NCBI GenBank assembly: GCA_964567785.1
Contig: CAZMOK010000011.1
Coordinates: 657-64,656 of the forward strand
DNA: 64,000 bases
DNA from: an uncultured Bacteroidales bacterium
GTDB lineage: Bacteria > Bacteroidota > Bacteroidia > Bacteroidales > JAGOPY01
Reading direction: 5' to 3'
Numbering within the stretch: position 1 is the stretch's first letter; every line of letters begins with the position of its first letter. Of the stretch, positions 54,713-64,000 are shown one piece after another. The notes beneath the pieces were generated by a model that worked only from the letters and a program-made list of their open reading frames with translations, had not been told where the DNA came from and made no database searches. Position numbers and translations under genes: made by a program.

Positions 54713-56491
54713 ATGAGAAGAATTTCCTTGCCGGCCATTAAAAACATCTTCCTGTTTGCGCTATTGACAGGGACCGGTTTTTCACTTTTTTCCCAGGATG
54801 ATGCCTTTATGTCGATCCACCGGGAACAATCTGAATACTACAAGACAGAACCCTGGCCGGAGATCAGCGTCAGCCCTGCAAGAAACGCAAGTTTCGACAC
54901 CTGCACCCTCGACAAGATGGTATTCGGTTATCACCCCTACTGGATGGGCGACAGCTACCTTGGTTATCACTGGAACCTCTTGTCGGACCTGTGCTTCTTC
55001 TCCTACGAAGTGGATGCTGCAACAGGAGATCCCGTTACCACCCACGACTGGCTTACGGCGCCCGTGGTCGATTCGGCGCTGGCAAATAATGTGAGGGTCC
55101 ACTTGTGCGTCACCCTTTTCAACGGGCATGCCACTTTTTTTTCGAACGAAGATGCAAAACAAACGTTAACAGACAACCTCATACATCTCATTTCAGAACG
55201 CAACGCCCATGGCATCAACATTGATTTTGAGGCAGTGCCATCTTCCCAGGGGGCAGCCATGGTTGATTATGTGCTGGAACTGAGCGCACAGGTAAAGGAC
55301 ACCCTGCCGGGATGCATGATCAGCATGGCCATTCCGGCGGTCGACTGGACAAACATATTCGACATTGAGCAGCTTGATGAGGCCCTCGACCTTTTCATGA
55401 TCATGGGCTATGATTATTACTGGAACGGCAGTGCGATGGCGGGACCGGTTTCGCCCCTTTACCCGATGACTGCGGGTTATAATTACAGCCTTGCACGAAC
55501 AGTTTCCGATTACCAGCAGAAAGGCATCCCTGATGAAAAATTCCTGCTCGGGCTGCCCTATTATGCCCGGCAGTGGCCCACGCAATACCCGGTGGCCCCG
55601 TCGCCGGTTGCCGGATATGGAACGGCGCTCACCTATGCCAATGTTCGGAACAGCAGTGTTAACTATTACAACCAGGAGAACAGGTACTGGGAACCTGCCA
55701 GCATATCATCTTATTATTCGTTCAGTGTCAATGACTCGTGGTACCAGTGTTTTGTGGCAGAGCCGATGGACCTGGAGGAGCGGTACGACCTGGTGAATTA
55801 CAGGGGGCTGGCCGGTATAGGCATCTGGGCATTGGGTTACGACAATGGTTACGACCAGCTCTGGAACGTTCTTGCAGACAAATTCTCCACCTGTGTGGAA
55901 CCAATGTATTCCGATACGTTGTACGATTCAGGGGGGCCCTTCCGGCCTTATTACAACAATGAAGATTACACCCTTACCATCAGGAGCTTTGACGATACTC
56001 CCGTCAACCTTGAGTTCCTGGAATTCAATATCGAGGACGGATATGATTCACTCTGGGTGTTTGATGGCGGGGACACACTTTCGCCTTTGCTGGGCGGATT
56101 CTCAGGGGCAAACCCTCCGTCAGTCATCCAGTCCGCAGGAAAAATGCTCACCCTTCGTTTCCGCTCCGACGGACTTACGGTTGGCCCCGGCTGGAAAGCG
56201 GTTTGGAGGTCCGGCACGGCGGGAGTTAATGATATATTCCGGCAGGGGTTCGATGTTTTTCCCAATCCTGCGGGTTCAGTTATCAGTTATCAGTTATCAG
56301 TTAACAGTGGATTGAAGGATTGTACGATTGAAGTATGGGATGCTGCTGGGAAAAGGGTTGAGATTGTGACTGTTCCCGGTGGCAGGGATATTGTCAGCTC
56401 GGATGTTTCGGCCTATCCCCCCGGCGTTTACACTGCTGTCCTCAGAAATAATGAAAGGATATTGGGTGTGAGGAAGTTTGTGGTGGAATGA
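54713..56491 (+). CDS. GH18-family glycosyl hydrolase-like protein with CUB-like domain and T9SS C-terminal sorting domain
   Basis: The track start is TTG 54707; ATG 54713 is preferred. It has a signal peptide. The GH18 catalytic-strand context is AHGINIDFE, a variant of DxxDxDxE. A CUB-like block runs TLYDSGGPF...YDSLWVFDGG...LTLRFRSD...GWKAVW. The CTD is VFPNPAGSVISYQL...IEVWDAAGKRV...PPGVYTAVL. Confidence 0.7.
   Translation: MRRISLPAIKNIFLFALLTGTGFSLFSQDDAFMSIHREQSEYYKTEPWPEISVSPARNASFDTCTLDKMVFGYHPYWMGDSYLGYHWNLLSDLCFFSYEVDAATGDPVTTHDWLTAPVVDSALANNVRVHLCVTLFNGHATFFSNEDAKQTLTDNLIHLISERNAHGINIDFEAVPSSQGAAMVDYVLELSAQVKDTLPGCMISMAIPAVDWTNIFDIEQLDEALDLFMIMGYDYYWNGSAMAGPVSPLYPMTAGYNYSLARTVSDYQQKGIPDEKFLLGLPYYARQWPTQYPVAPSPVAGYGTALTYANVRNSSVNYYNQENRYWEPASISSYYSFSVNDSWYQCFVAEPMDLEERYDLVNYRGLAGIGIWALGYDNGYDQLWNVLADKFSTCVEPMYSDTLYDSGGPFRPYYNNEDYTLTIRSFDDTPVNLEFLEFNIEDGYDSLWVFDGGDTLSPLLGGFSGANPPSVIQSAGKMLTLRFRSDGLTVGPGWKAVWRSGTAGVNDIFRQGFDVFPNPAGSVISYQLSVNSGLKDCTIEVWDAAGKRVEIVTVPGGRDIVSSDVSAYPPGVYTAVLRNNERILGVRKFVVE
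56277..56308 (+). repeat. heptamer array CAGTTAT x3 + CAGTTAA + CAGT inside a CDS
   Basis: Read directly from the sequence. It lies within the T9SS sorting-domain coding part of the GH18-like gene and encodes SVISYQLSVNS. Confidence 0.85.
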
Positions 56492-56543
56492 TCCTCTGCG
56501 AACATGCGCACATGAAAATATCTGCGCTCCCTGGCTTTCATCA

Positions 56544-56617
56544 TCTCAACTCTCAACTCCCGTTTCGCTTCGCTCACGGGATTCCGCTTCGCTCCATCTC
56601 AAATCTCAACTCTCAGT
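56544..56617. repeat. composite intergenic repeat: TCTCAAC heptamers, duplicated CGCTTCGCTC, small GC hairpin
   Basis: The components are:
- TCTCAAC TCTCAAC at 56544-56557.
- The stem CCCGT (56559-56563) with ACGGG (56576-56580).
- CGCTTCGCTC twice (56566-56575 and 56585-56594).
- TCTCAAA TCTCAAC TCTCAGT at 56597-56617, overlapping the DAHPS/CM stop codon (56613-56615).

The unit is the reverse complement of the 52221-52264 array unit. Confidence 0.75.
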
Positions 56618-57704
56618 ACTCTTCCCCTTGCTGCCGCAATGCTTCCTTGTGTACCAGTTCCAGCAGCTTTTTGAAGAAATGGGGGTCGAGCCCGGCTTCT
56701 TCGGCCGCGATCGTTCGCTCTTCCAGGATCTTCTTCCAGCGCTCCATCTGAAGGATCGAAAGGTTTTCGTGCCGCTTGATCTCACCGATTTCCCTGACAG
56801 CCCTCATCCTCTCCGACAACACATCGATCAGGGCCTTGTCGAGCCGGTCGATCTGCTGCCTCTTCAATTCCAGTTCCTTGATGTATTCCCCGTCCCTGGC
56901 CTTCCGTATGGAAAGTGATGAAATGAGTTTTGCAAAAGCCTCCGGGGTGAGTTGCTGGTCGCGGTCAGACAGCGCCTTGTCAGGATCGGGGTGCACCTCG
57001 ACCATCAACCCGTCGAAGGCAAAATCAAGGGCAAGCTGGGCGATCACGGGTATCAGTTCCCGCTTTCCGCAGATATGGCTCGGGTCGACGATCACCGGCA
57101 GGTCGGGGTGCCGGCGTTTCAGCTCGATGGGGTATTCCCACAGTGGCATGTTCCTGAAAGGTTCGGAGCGATGGGCGGAAAAGCCCCTGTGAACTGCAAG
57201 CAATTTTGTCACTCCGGCCCTGTTGAGCCTTTCCAGTGCACCGGTCCAGAGGTCAGGGTCGGGGTGCATCGGGTTCTTGACCATAACAGGGATATCCGTA
57301 CCTTTCAGCGCAACGGAAAGTTCATCAACCGCCCAGGGATTGGCAACCGTCCTTGCCCCGAGCCAGATCATGTCTATATCATTCTTCAGGCAAAGCTCTA
57401 TGTGTTCGGGCAGGGCGACCTCAACGCAGGTCTTCAGTCCTGTTTCGCTTTTCACGGTCTTCAGCCAGCGCAGGGCGATGTCGCCAGCACCGGGGAACCA
57501 GTCGGGCCTCGAACGGGCTTTCCATATCCCGCTGCGGAAATACTCCACTTCAGGTATTTTACTGATCTCTTTTGCAGTGGTGAGCAGTTGGTTTTCGCTT
57601 TCGGCACTGCACGGACCGGCAATAAAAAGAGGTTTTTCCGGCCCCTGTGTTATGGGTGTTATCTTCAGCATCTTTATTTCATTGTTCTGTAGCAAAGATA
57701 GCAT
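56613..57704 (-). CDS. bifunctional 3-deoxy-7-phosphoheptulonate synthase / chorismate mutase type II
   Basis: 363 aa. The DAHPS I-beta block is [12 protein letters not shown], with VDPSH also present. The C-terminal chorismate mutase helix region is [29 protein letters not shown]. An alternative start is ATG 57671, 21 nt after a TATCTTTG box. Confidence 0.85.
57693..57700 (-). promoter_or_regulatory. possible -7 box TATCTTTG inside the annotated 5' end of the DAHPS/CM gene
   Basis: Matches TAnnTTTG on the minus strand, 21 nt upstream of the second in-frame ATG (57671). If it is functional, the gene starts at 57671 rather than 57704. Confidence 0.3.
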
Positions 57705-57777
57705 TCAGGAAGGAATCTTACCCATTCTACCGGATATTGATGACGATATGTTATTTTTGCAGCGAAATAGATTTGTT

Positions 57778-59229
<1,452 letters not shown>

Positions 59230-59240
59230 TATTATTATTT

Positions 59241-59293
59241 AGTTACAAGAGGGAATATTTATTTTGCATTCTTGTAACTGAAAGAGTTTTTTT
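59241..59293 (+). terminator. putative asnS terminator (10-bp perfect inverted repeat, long loop, T7)
   Basis: AGTTACAAGA (59241-59250) pairs with TCTTGTAACT (59270-59279) across a 19-nt loop. T7 lies at 59287-59293. This is non-canonical because of the long AT-rich loop and the 7-nt gap before the T-run. Confidence 0.35.
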
Positions 59294-59337
59294 GTATTTT
59301 TCCTATCTGATTCACTAATTGTACCGGAAGGGATAAA

Positions 59338-60825
59338 ATGTTAAACCAGAGGTTACAACAAAAGCTGTTACAGAAACTTTCGCCTCAGCAGATCTTGCTG
59401 ATGAAGCTCCTGCAGATCCCTTCCATTGCGCTTGAGCAGAGGATCAAGCAGGAAATTGAAGAAAACCCTGCCCTGGAGGAGCTCTCAACAAATGATGAAG
59501 ATACCTCAGATGAAGAGATAGATTCTGACAGCTCTGAGGATGAATCACTCGACGACGAATACCTTGAAGACACGGAAGAACTGAACGGAGAGGAGGAATT
59601 CGACATAAACGACTACCTTGATGAAGATGATATACCTTCTTACCGTCTTTCTGCGGGAAACAACGGAAGCGATGAGGAACAGCGTGATGTGCCCTTCGCA
59701 TCAGGGACCACCTTTCATGATTTTCTTATTTCACAGCTCGGGCTGAGGGTCAAGGATGAGAAGCAGTACCTGATAGGACTGAATATAATTGGTAATCTTG
59801 ATGACGCAGGTTACCTTCAACGGGACCTCAATGCCATGGTCGACGACCTCGCCTTTACTCAGAATATTGAAGTAAAAGAGGAAGAGATCAAAGAGGTGCT
59901 TTCCATTATACAGGATCTCGAACCTGCAGGGGTTGGTGCCAGGAGCCTGCAGGAGTGCCTGCTGATCCAGCTTAAGAAAAAAGAGAACAAGACCAAAGGG
60001 ACGAATATCGCCATCCAGATCGTATCGAGGTTCTTTAACGAGTTTACCAAAAGGCATTACGAAAAGATAATGAAAAGGGCCAGGATCGCAGAAGAGGAGC
60101 TCAAAGAAGCCATGGATGAGATCCTCATGCTTAACCCGAAGCCCGGAAATTCGATGAGCGAGACCTCAAAGACCAACCATTATGTTGTGCCCGACTTCTA
60201 TGTCAGGAACATTGACGGGAACCTGGAACTTACGCTCAATTCAAGGAATGCTCCTGAATTAAGACTTAACAAGACGTATGTGGAAATGCTTTCTTCTTTC
60301 GCCGAAAGCAAAAACAAGAAGAAAGACAAGGAGGCCATCATGTTTGTCAAGCAGAAGATCGATTCTGCAAAGTGGTTCATCGATGCTATCAAGCAACGCC
60401 AGAATACCTTGTACACTGTAATGAGGGCGATCATGGACTACCAGATAGAGTACTTCCTCACAGGAGATGAAACCAAGCTCAGGCCGATGATCCTCAAAGA
60501 TATCGCCGAGATAGTCAATCTGGATATTTCAACTGTATCAAGGGTGGCTAACAGTAAATACGTACAGACCCCTTTCGGCACTTTTCTTCTGAAGACCTTT
60601 TTCTCCGAATCGATGCAGACCAGCACCGGTGAGGAGGTCTCCACCAGGGAGATCAAGAAGATACTGATGAACTGCGTGGAGAACGAGGACAAATCGAAAC
60701 CCCTTACCGATGAGCAGTTGACCAATATCCTCAAGGAAAAGGGTTACAATATCGCCCGCCGCACCGTGGCTAAATACCGTGAACAGCTCAATATTCCCGT
60801 GGCAAGGCTCAGGAAGGAACTTTAG
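59338..60825 (+). CDS. rpoN: RNA polymerase sigma-54 factor
   Basis: 495 aa. It has an N-terminal Gln/Leu-rich region I, an acidic linker, and a C-terminal HTH. The RpoN box is ARRTVAKYREQL. Confidence 0.9.
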   Translation: MLNQRLQQKLLQKLSPQQILLMKLLQIPSIALEQRIKQEIEENPALEELSTNDEDTSDEEIDSDSSEDESLDDEYLEDTEELNGEEEFDINDYLDEDDIPSYRLSAGNNGSDEEQRDVPFASGTTFHDFLISQLGLRVKDEKQYLIGLNIIGNLDDAGYLQRDLNAMVDDLAFTQNIEVKEEEIKEVLSIIQDLEPAGVGARSLQECLLIQLKKKENKTKGTNIAIQIVSRFFNEFTKRHYEKIMKRARIAEEELKEAMDEILMLNPKPGNSMSETSKTNHYVVPDFYVRNIDGNLELTLNSRNAPELRLNKTYVEMLSSFAESKNKKKDKEAIMFVKQKIDSAKWFIDAIKQRQNTLYTVMRAIMDYQIEYFLTGDETKLRPMILKDIAEIVNLDISTVSRVANSKYVQTPFGTFLLKTFFSESMQTSTGEEVSTREIKKILMNCVENEDKSKPLTDEQLTNILKEKGYNIARRTVAKYREQLNIPVARLRKEL

Positions 60826-60860
60826 ATGGCTGTTAGCTGCTGGCTGATGGCTTTTTGCTC
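60826..60860 (+). repeat. 5-unit heptamer array (NTGGCTG-type)
   Basis: The units are ATGGCTG TTAGCTG CTGGCTG ATGGCTT TTTGCTC. The array starts at the base after the rpoN stop TAG (60823-60825). Confidence 0.8.
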
Positions 60861-60942
60861 AATATATTTTAATGCTTTTCCGTAATTGGTCCTTTCAGCA
60901 ATACAAGATTTTCTGATTCTCTATATGGGCAGGTAAAAAAAG

Positions 60943-60950
60943 TATATTTG
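60943..60950 (+). promoter_or_regulatory. Bacteroidota sigma-A -7 box TATATTTG
   Basis: Matches TAnnTTTG, 24 nt upstream of ATG 60975. Confidence 0.45.
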
Positions 60951-60974
60951 CATTTGTAATACCATCACAGATAA

Positions 60975-61586
60975 ATGGAATCCCGCCTCGCAAAAGTCAT
61001 CAGCTATTTTTTTCACCCGCTGTTGATACCTACTTATTCCTATATCATACTTCTGCACCTGAATGTCTATTTTGCGATGATCATCCCTTCTCCCCAGAAG
61101 TGGCTTATTATCTCGCTTATATTTATCACTACATTCCTCTTTCCAGCCATTATCAGCCTGTTCATGGTGAGGAGGGGGCTTGCAAGATCAATGGAGATGC
61201 ATGGCAGGGAAGAGCGTACTTTTCCGTATATGATTACGCTGGTATTCTTTTATCTAACCTTTTATCTCCTCAGGCAGATCCAGATATCGCCTGTATTTTA
61301 TTACTTCATGGCAGGGGCCACTCTCCTGGTGATACTTGTACTGGTGATCAATCTTTTCTGGAAGATCAGCGGGCACATGATCTCGATAGGGTCGATGACA
61401 GGTGCAATAATTGGTTTGTCATTGTTGCTTAACATCAACCTCATTCCTTTGATAATAGCAGTGATACTGGTAGCCGGATTTATAGCATATGCAAGGTTGA
61501 AATTAAATGCTCACCATCCAACACAGGTATATGCCGGGTTTTTCCTGGGCCTGGTAGTGATGAGTGGGGTATTCTTTTTCCTCTAG
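60975..61586 (+). CDS. integral membrane protein, PAP2-like (weak)
   Basis: 203 aa with about 6 TM helices. Loose PAP2-type residues are GREERTFP, KISGHM and ARLKLNAHHPTQ. Confidence 0.4.
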   Translation: MESRLAKVISYFFHPLLIPTYSYIILLHLNVYFAMIIPSPQKWLIISLIFITTFLFPAIISLFMVRRGLARSMEMHGREERTFPYMITLVFFYLTFYLLRQIQISPVFYYFMAGATLLVILVLVINLFWKISGHMISIGSMTGAIIGLSLLLNINLIPLIIAVILVAGFIAYARLKLNAHHPTQVYAGFFLGLVVMSGVFFFL

Positions 61587-62240
61587 CTAGAACGGCAGGA
61601 ACGTAAAACCGACCGATACAGGGTACAGATCGGCGGGTCCTTTCCCTTTTCTGAATACTTTTGATACCGAGTAATAGGCATAGACGCTGATCCAGCTATA
61701 GCCAATCCTCAGTGTAGGGCCGAAACGAAATTTCTCTACATTTTCAACCTGTTTCAGCTTTTGTATGTCGCCCTTGGCAAATTTATATTTCGCCTTTGCA
61801 TCGATCAGGTAACCTACCTTAACTCCCAGGGCAAGCCTGAACTTTGAAGGGGATTTGAACCTGAATTCAAGCGGTACGTCAATATAAGCCAGTCCCAGTT
61901 TAGTTCTTTTCATCGGCAACGAATCGGGAAGAGGGGTAAAGCGGATGGTGTCAGCCTTAATATCATCGATCAGGCTTTTCGAGTACATATTGTGGAAGCC
62001 CATTCCCACACCGAAAGCAAAGCTGAAGTCGCTCTCCCCGAAGGGGTAATTATACATGCCGTAAAAATTGGCTCCCTGGTTTATGGTCCTTACATCAGCT
62101 CCTTCAGGAGGGTTTATCCAGAAATCAGTAAAAACATCGGCTCCGAAACTGAACCTCTTGATGGTAGTCTGGCTGAGCGACTGGGCTGCGAGCCATTGAA
62201 CTGAGAATACTAATAAAGCTAATAATGCGATTTTCCTCAT
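61587..62240 (-). CDS. small outer-membrane beta-barrel protein (porin-family/PorT-like fold)
   Basis: 217 aa with a signal peptide (ALLALLVFSVQWLAAQ). It shows an alternating amphipathic strand pattern and a C-terminal ...VGFTFLPF. Confidence 0.6.
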   Translation of the reverse strand: MRKIALLALLVFSVQWLAAQSLSQTTIKRFSFGADVFTDFWINPPEGADVRTINQGANFYGMYNYPFGESDFSFAFGVGMGFHNMYSKSLIDDIKADTIRFTPLPDSLPMKRTKLGLAYIDVPLEFRFKSPSKFRLALGVKVGYLIDAKAKYKFAKGDIQKLKQVENVEKFRFGPTLRIGYSWISVYAYYSVSKVFRKGKGPADLYPVSVGFTFLPF

Positions 62241-62258
62241 AACGGTGAATTAACGATT

Positions 62259-62266
62259 CAAAGATA
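62259..62266 (-). promoter_or_regulatory. Bacteroidota sigma-A -7 box TATCTTTG
   Basis: Matches TAnnTTTG on the minus strand, 18 nt upstream of ATG 62240. Confidence 0.4.
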
Positions 62267-62322
62267 AGGAATATTGGGCGCTTTTCACTGTTTAGGGTTG
62301 AGTGCTTAGTTCAGGTATTAAT

Positions 62323-64000
62323 TTAGAGTGTATCGTAAAGACTGATATGCCTGATCCGGGGAGGTTCCAGGGGAGGTTCATCGGGTGTAAAATATACCTT
62401 CACTTCCTGTCCCGGAATAACATCGAAATAATTATCTGAAAGACTGCCTTGCAAGTTCTCAACTTTCAGGAACAGATCCTTAACAAGGGTTGGAGAAGAT
62501 ACCTTTATCAGCCAATCAACAGATCGTTTTGAAATGTCTGTCGTTAATTCAGGTTTTTTAAGATGGAGGTTTTTCGGTTTGACGAAGTAATGAATATCTT
62601 CTGCGTATAATCCTTCATCAATGAGAAAACTATATAGTAAAACAGATGAAGGGTCATGACCTTGCAGCACCCCGGCAACAGGTCTTGATAATACTTTTCT
62701 GGCTGTGTTACTGTCTGTTCTGGTAGGAATGTTCTCACTCCATATCGTTTCTCCGTTAAAAGACAGGAGTGATACGGAAAGGGTTTTATTAAGCGGATAT
62801 GGACTGTCGTTCACCAAATGGATCTCCAGGTTATCATCATTGACCACCGTGCTAATGAGAGGGTCATTATAACGCTTTTTCACGAAATAGTGCAAGGCTT
62901 TCCTGTTCTTTTCATAATCGATGGAAGACCAGGAGATAACAGGCCAGCAGTCGTTGAGTTGCCAGTACAGGGTGCCCATGCAGTATGGTTTTTCCCTTCG
63001 GTGGGCTTCAATTGCCCTGGAGATCCCATATGCCTGGACCAACCGGCTAACATAAGCATAATGCTCAAAATTGCCGGGTACGGGGTAATCCCTTTCCATG
63101 TACATCCGGATCAATTCCATTCCCCTGGGGTGTTTCTGGTGGGCCCTGAGCAGTGGTGAATCAATTGAGAGTTTCTCAGGGCCGATATATTTTTCCAGGA
63201 AATCGACGGCGGGGATACCTTGAAACCCATACTCACTCATGAACCGGCCTGTTTTTTCTTCATATACTTCGAAAGGTTCTTCGCCCCACCACACTCCCCA
63301 GTAATGGGAATCGCCGCTTAAAAGGCTTTCAGGATGCCCCCAGCCTATGGAAGGGGAGCTGGGCCAGTAAGCACGGGTACCATCAAACCTTGCAACCTGT
63401 TCCGGCAGTACTTCATGGAAGAGCTTCTTGTATCCTTCCCATATTTCTGTTGAATCTTCACGTGAATATCCGAATTGTTCCTGCCATCCCCAGTTGTGCC
63501 AGCCTTCGTCAACTTCGTTGTTCCCGCACCAGAGCACAATGGAGGGGTGGTTCCGGAGCCTCTTGATATTGTCTTCTGCCTCAAGCCTCACATTTTCAAG
63601 AAAGGCGCTGTCGCCGGGGTACATGGTACAGGCGAACATAAAATCCTGCCACACCATGATACCGTTCTTGTCGCACAGGTCATAGAAAGTATCCTCCTCA
63701 TAAATGCCCCCTCCCCATACCCTGAGCATGTTCATGTTTGCAAAACGGACCTCTTCAATGATCTTTTCATGATCTTCTACAGTAACTCTGGGAAGAAAAT
63801 TATCCTGCGGTATGTAGTTGGCCCCTTTGGCGAATACCGGTATGCCGTTGATGCGAAAGTAAAAACTTTCTCCCGCGGAGTCCGGTTCCGTTATCAGCTC
63901 TGCTGTGCGGATGCCAAAAGTTGTGCCCGACCTCTCCAGGAGGGATCCTTCAAAATTAAGGGCAGCAGTCAGATCATAATGAAAGGGGGTGCCATAACCT
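62323..64000 (-). CDS. GH2 beta-mannosidase, C-terminal ~560 codons (gene continues past the right edge)
   Basis: The track ORF starts at the internal ATG 63735. I translated upstream on the minus strand and the frame stays open to the edge (...FRINGIPVFAKGANYIPQDNFLPR...). The GH2 beta-mannosidase core NMLRVWGGGIYEED...VWQDFMFAC...LWCGNNE is present. Confidence 0.85.
   Translation of the reverse strand, partial: GYGTPFHYDLTAALNFEGSLLERSGTTFGIRTAELITEPDSAGESFYFRINGIPVFAKGANYIPQDNFLPRVTVEDHEKIIEEVRFANMNMLRVWGGGIYEEDTFYDLCDKNGIMVWQDFMFACTMYPGDSAFLENVRLEAEDNIKRLRNHPSIVLWCGNNEVDEGWHNWGWQEQFGYSREDSTEIWEGYKKLFHEVLPEQVARFDGTRAYWPSSPSIGWGHPESLLSGDSHYWGVWWGEEPFEVYEEKTGRFMSEYGFQGIPAVDFLEKYIGPEKLSIDSPLLRAHQKHPRGMELIRMYMERDYPVPGNFEHYAYVSRLVQAYGISRAIEAHRREKPYCMGTLYWQLNDCWPVISWSSIDYEKNRKALHYFVKKRYNDPLISTVVNDDNLEIHLVNDSPYPLNKTLSVSLLSFNGETIWSENIPTRTDSNTARKVLSRPVAGVLQGHDPSSVLLYSFLIDEGLYAEDIHYFVKPKNLHLKKPELTTDISKRSVDWLIKVSSPTLVKDLFLKVENLQGSLSDNYFDVIPGQEVKVYFTPDEPPLEPPRIRHISLYDTL

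Noticed and set aside
57768-57775. TAGATTTG match to the -7 consensus just before asnS.
   Set aside because: It lies only 2 nt from the ATG, so a TSS downstream of it would fall inside the coding region. This geometry is unlike all other boxes in the window.
57223-57777. A 185-codon N-terminal extension of the asnS ORF in the track (57223-59229, 668 aa).
   Set aside because: It lies antisense to the well-supported DAHPS/CM gene and has low-complexity Ser/Arg-rich sequence. AsnRS homology starts at MDHGKRTKI (ATG 57778).
60838-60862. Sigma-54 type promoter (TGGC...TTGC) within TGGCTGATGGCTTTTTGCTC downstream of rpoN.
   Set aside because: The GG and GC dinucleotides are not in the required GG-N10-GC register.
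60826-60885. A 19-codon ORF (MAVSCWLMAFCSIYFNAFP) starting right after the rpoN stop.
   Set aside because: Its sequence is dictated by the heptamer repeat, and there is no independent support.

Overview
This 64-kb chromosomal segment reads as Bacteroidota. Three proteins end in T9SS-type C-terminal sorting domains, there is a CarboxypepD_reg-type TonB receptor, and TAnnTTTG -7 boxes sit 13-26 nt upstream of many start codons. I count about 45 tightly packed protein genes. I found no rRNA, tRNA, CRISPR, transposase or integrase. All product calls come from motif recognition by eye; no similarity search was possible.

Gene content by theme:
- Peptide catabolism: S9B DPP-IV, S46 dipeptidyl-peptidase, C69 dipeptidase, two M14 carboxypeptidases, and YfcC and DAACS transporters.
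- Housekeeping: ahcY, greA, purF, pfkA, asnS, rpoN, DAHP synthase/chorismate mutase, a RidA-family protein.
- Envelope: TetR-TolC-MFP, an OstA-like protein, MlaD, amidase-SPOR, LptD.
- Glycan enzymes: DUF4838-like, BNR sialidase-like, GH18-CUB, and a partial GH2 beta-mannosidase.

Most interesting observations:
1. At 10783-24887 a propeller-sensor LytS-type kinase and a LytTR regulator are followed by LytTR-like direct repeats. These precede a co-directional module: an acidic membrane-anchored protein, a 1237-aa TonB-dependent barrel, a 1459-aa T9SS-type protein of unknown function, and a private PorV/PorQ-like barrel. The module closes with a strong hairpin terminator. This is my best candidate for an uncharacterised surface system.
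2. Short degenerate tandem arrays (period 7, once period 6, once 14) start at or next to stop codons at eight loci, and one lies inside a T9SS sorting-domain coding region.
3. A terminator-like hairpin sits in the presumed greA leader.
4. A secreted-type DUF4838 gene has a signal-peptide-like in-frame extension that lacks any canonical start codon.
5. A TetR-TolC-MFP set has no inner-membrane pump and is fused in operon with an OstA-like gene.
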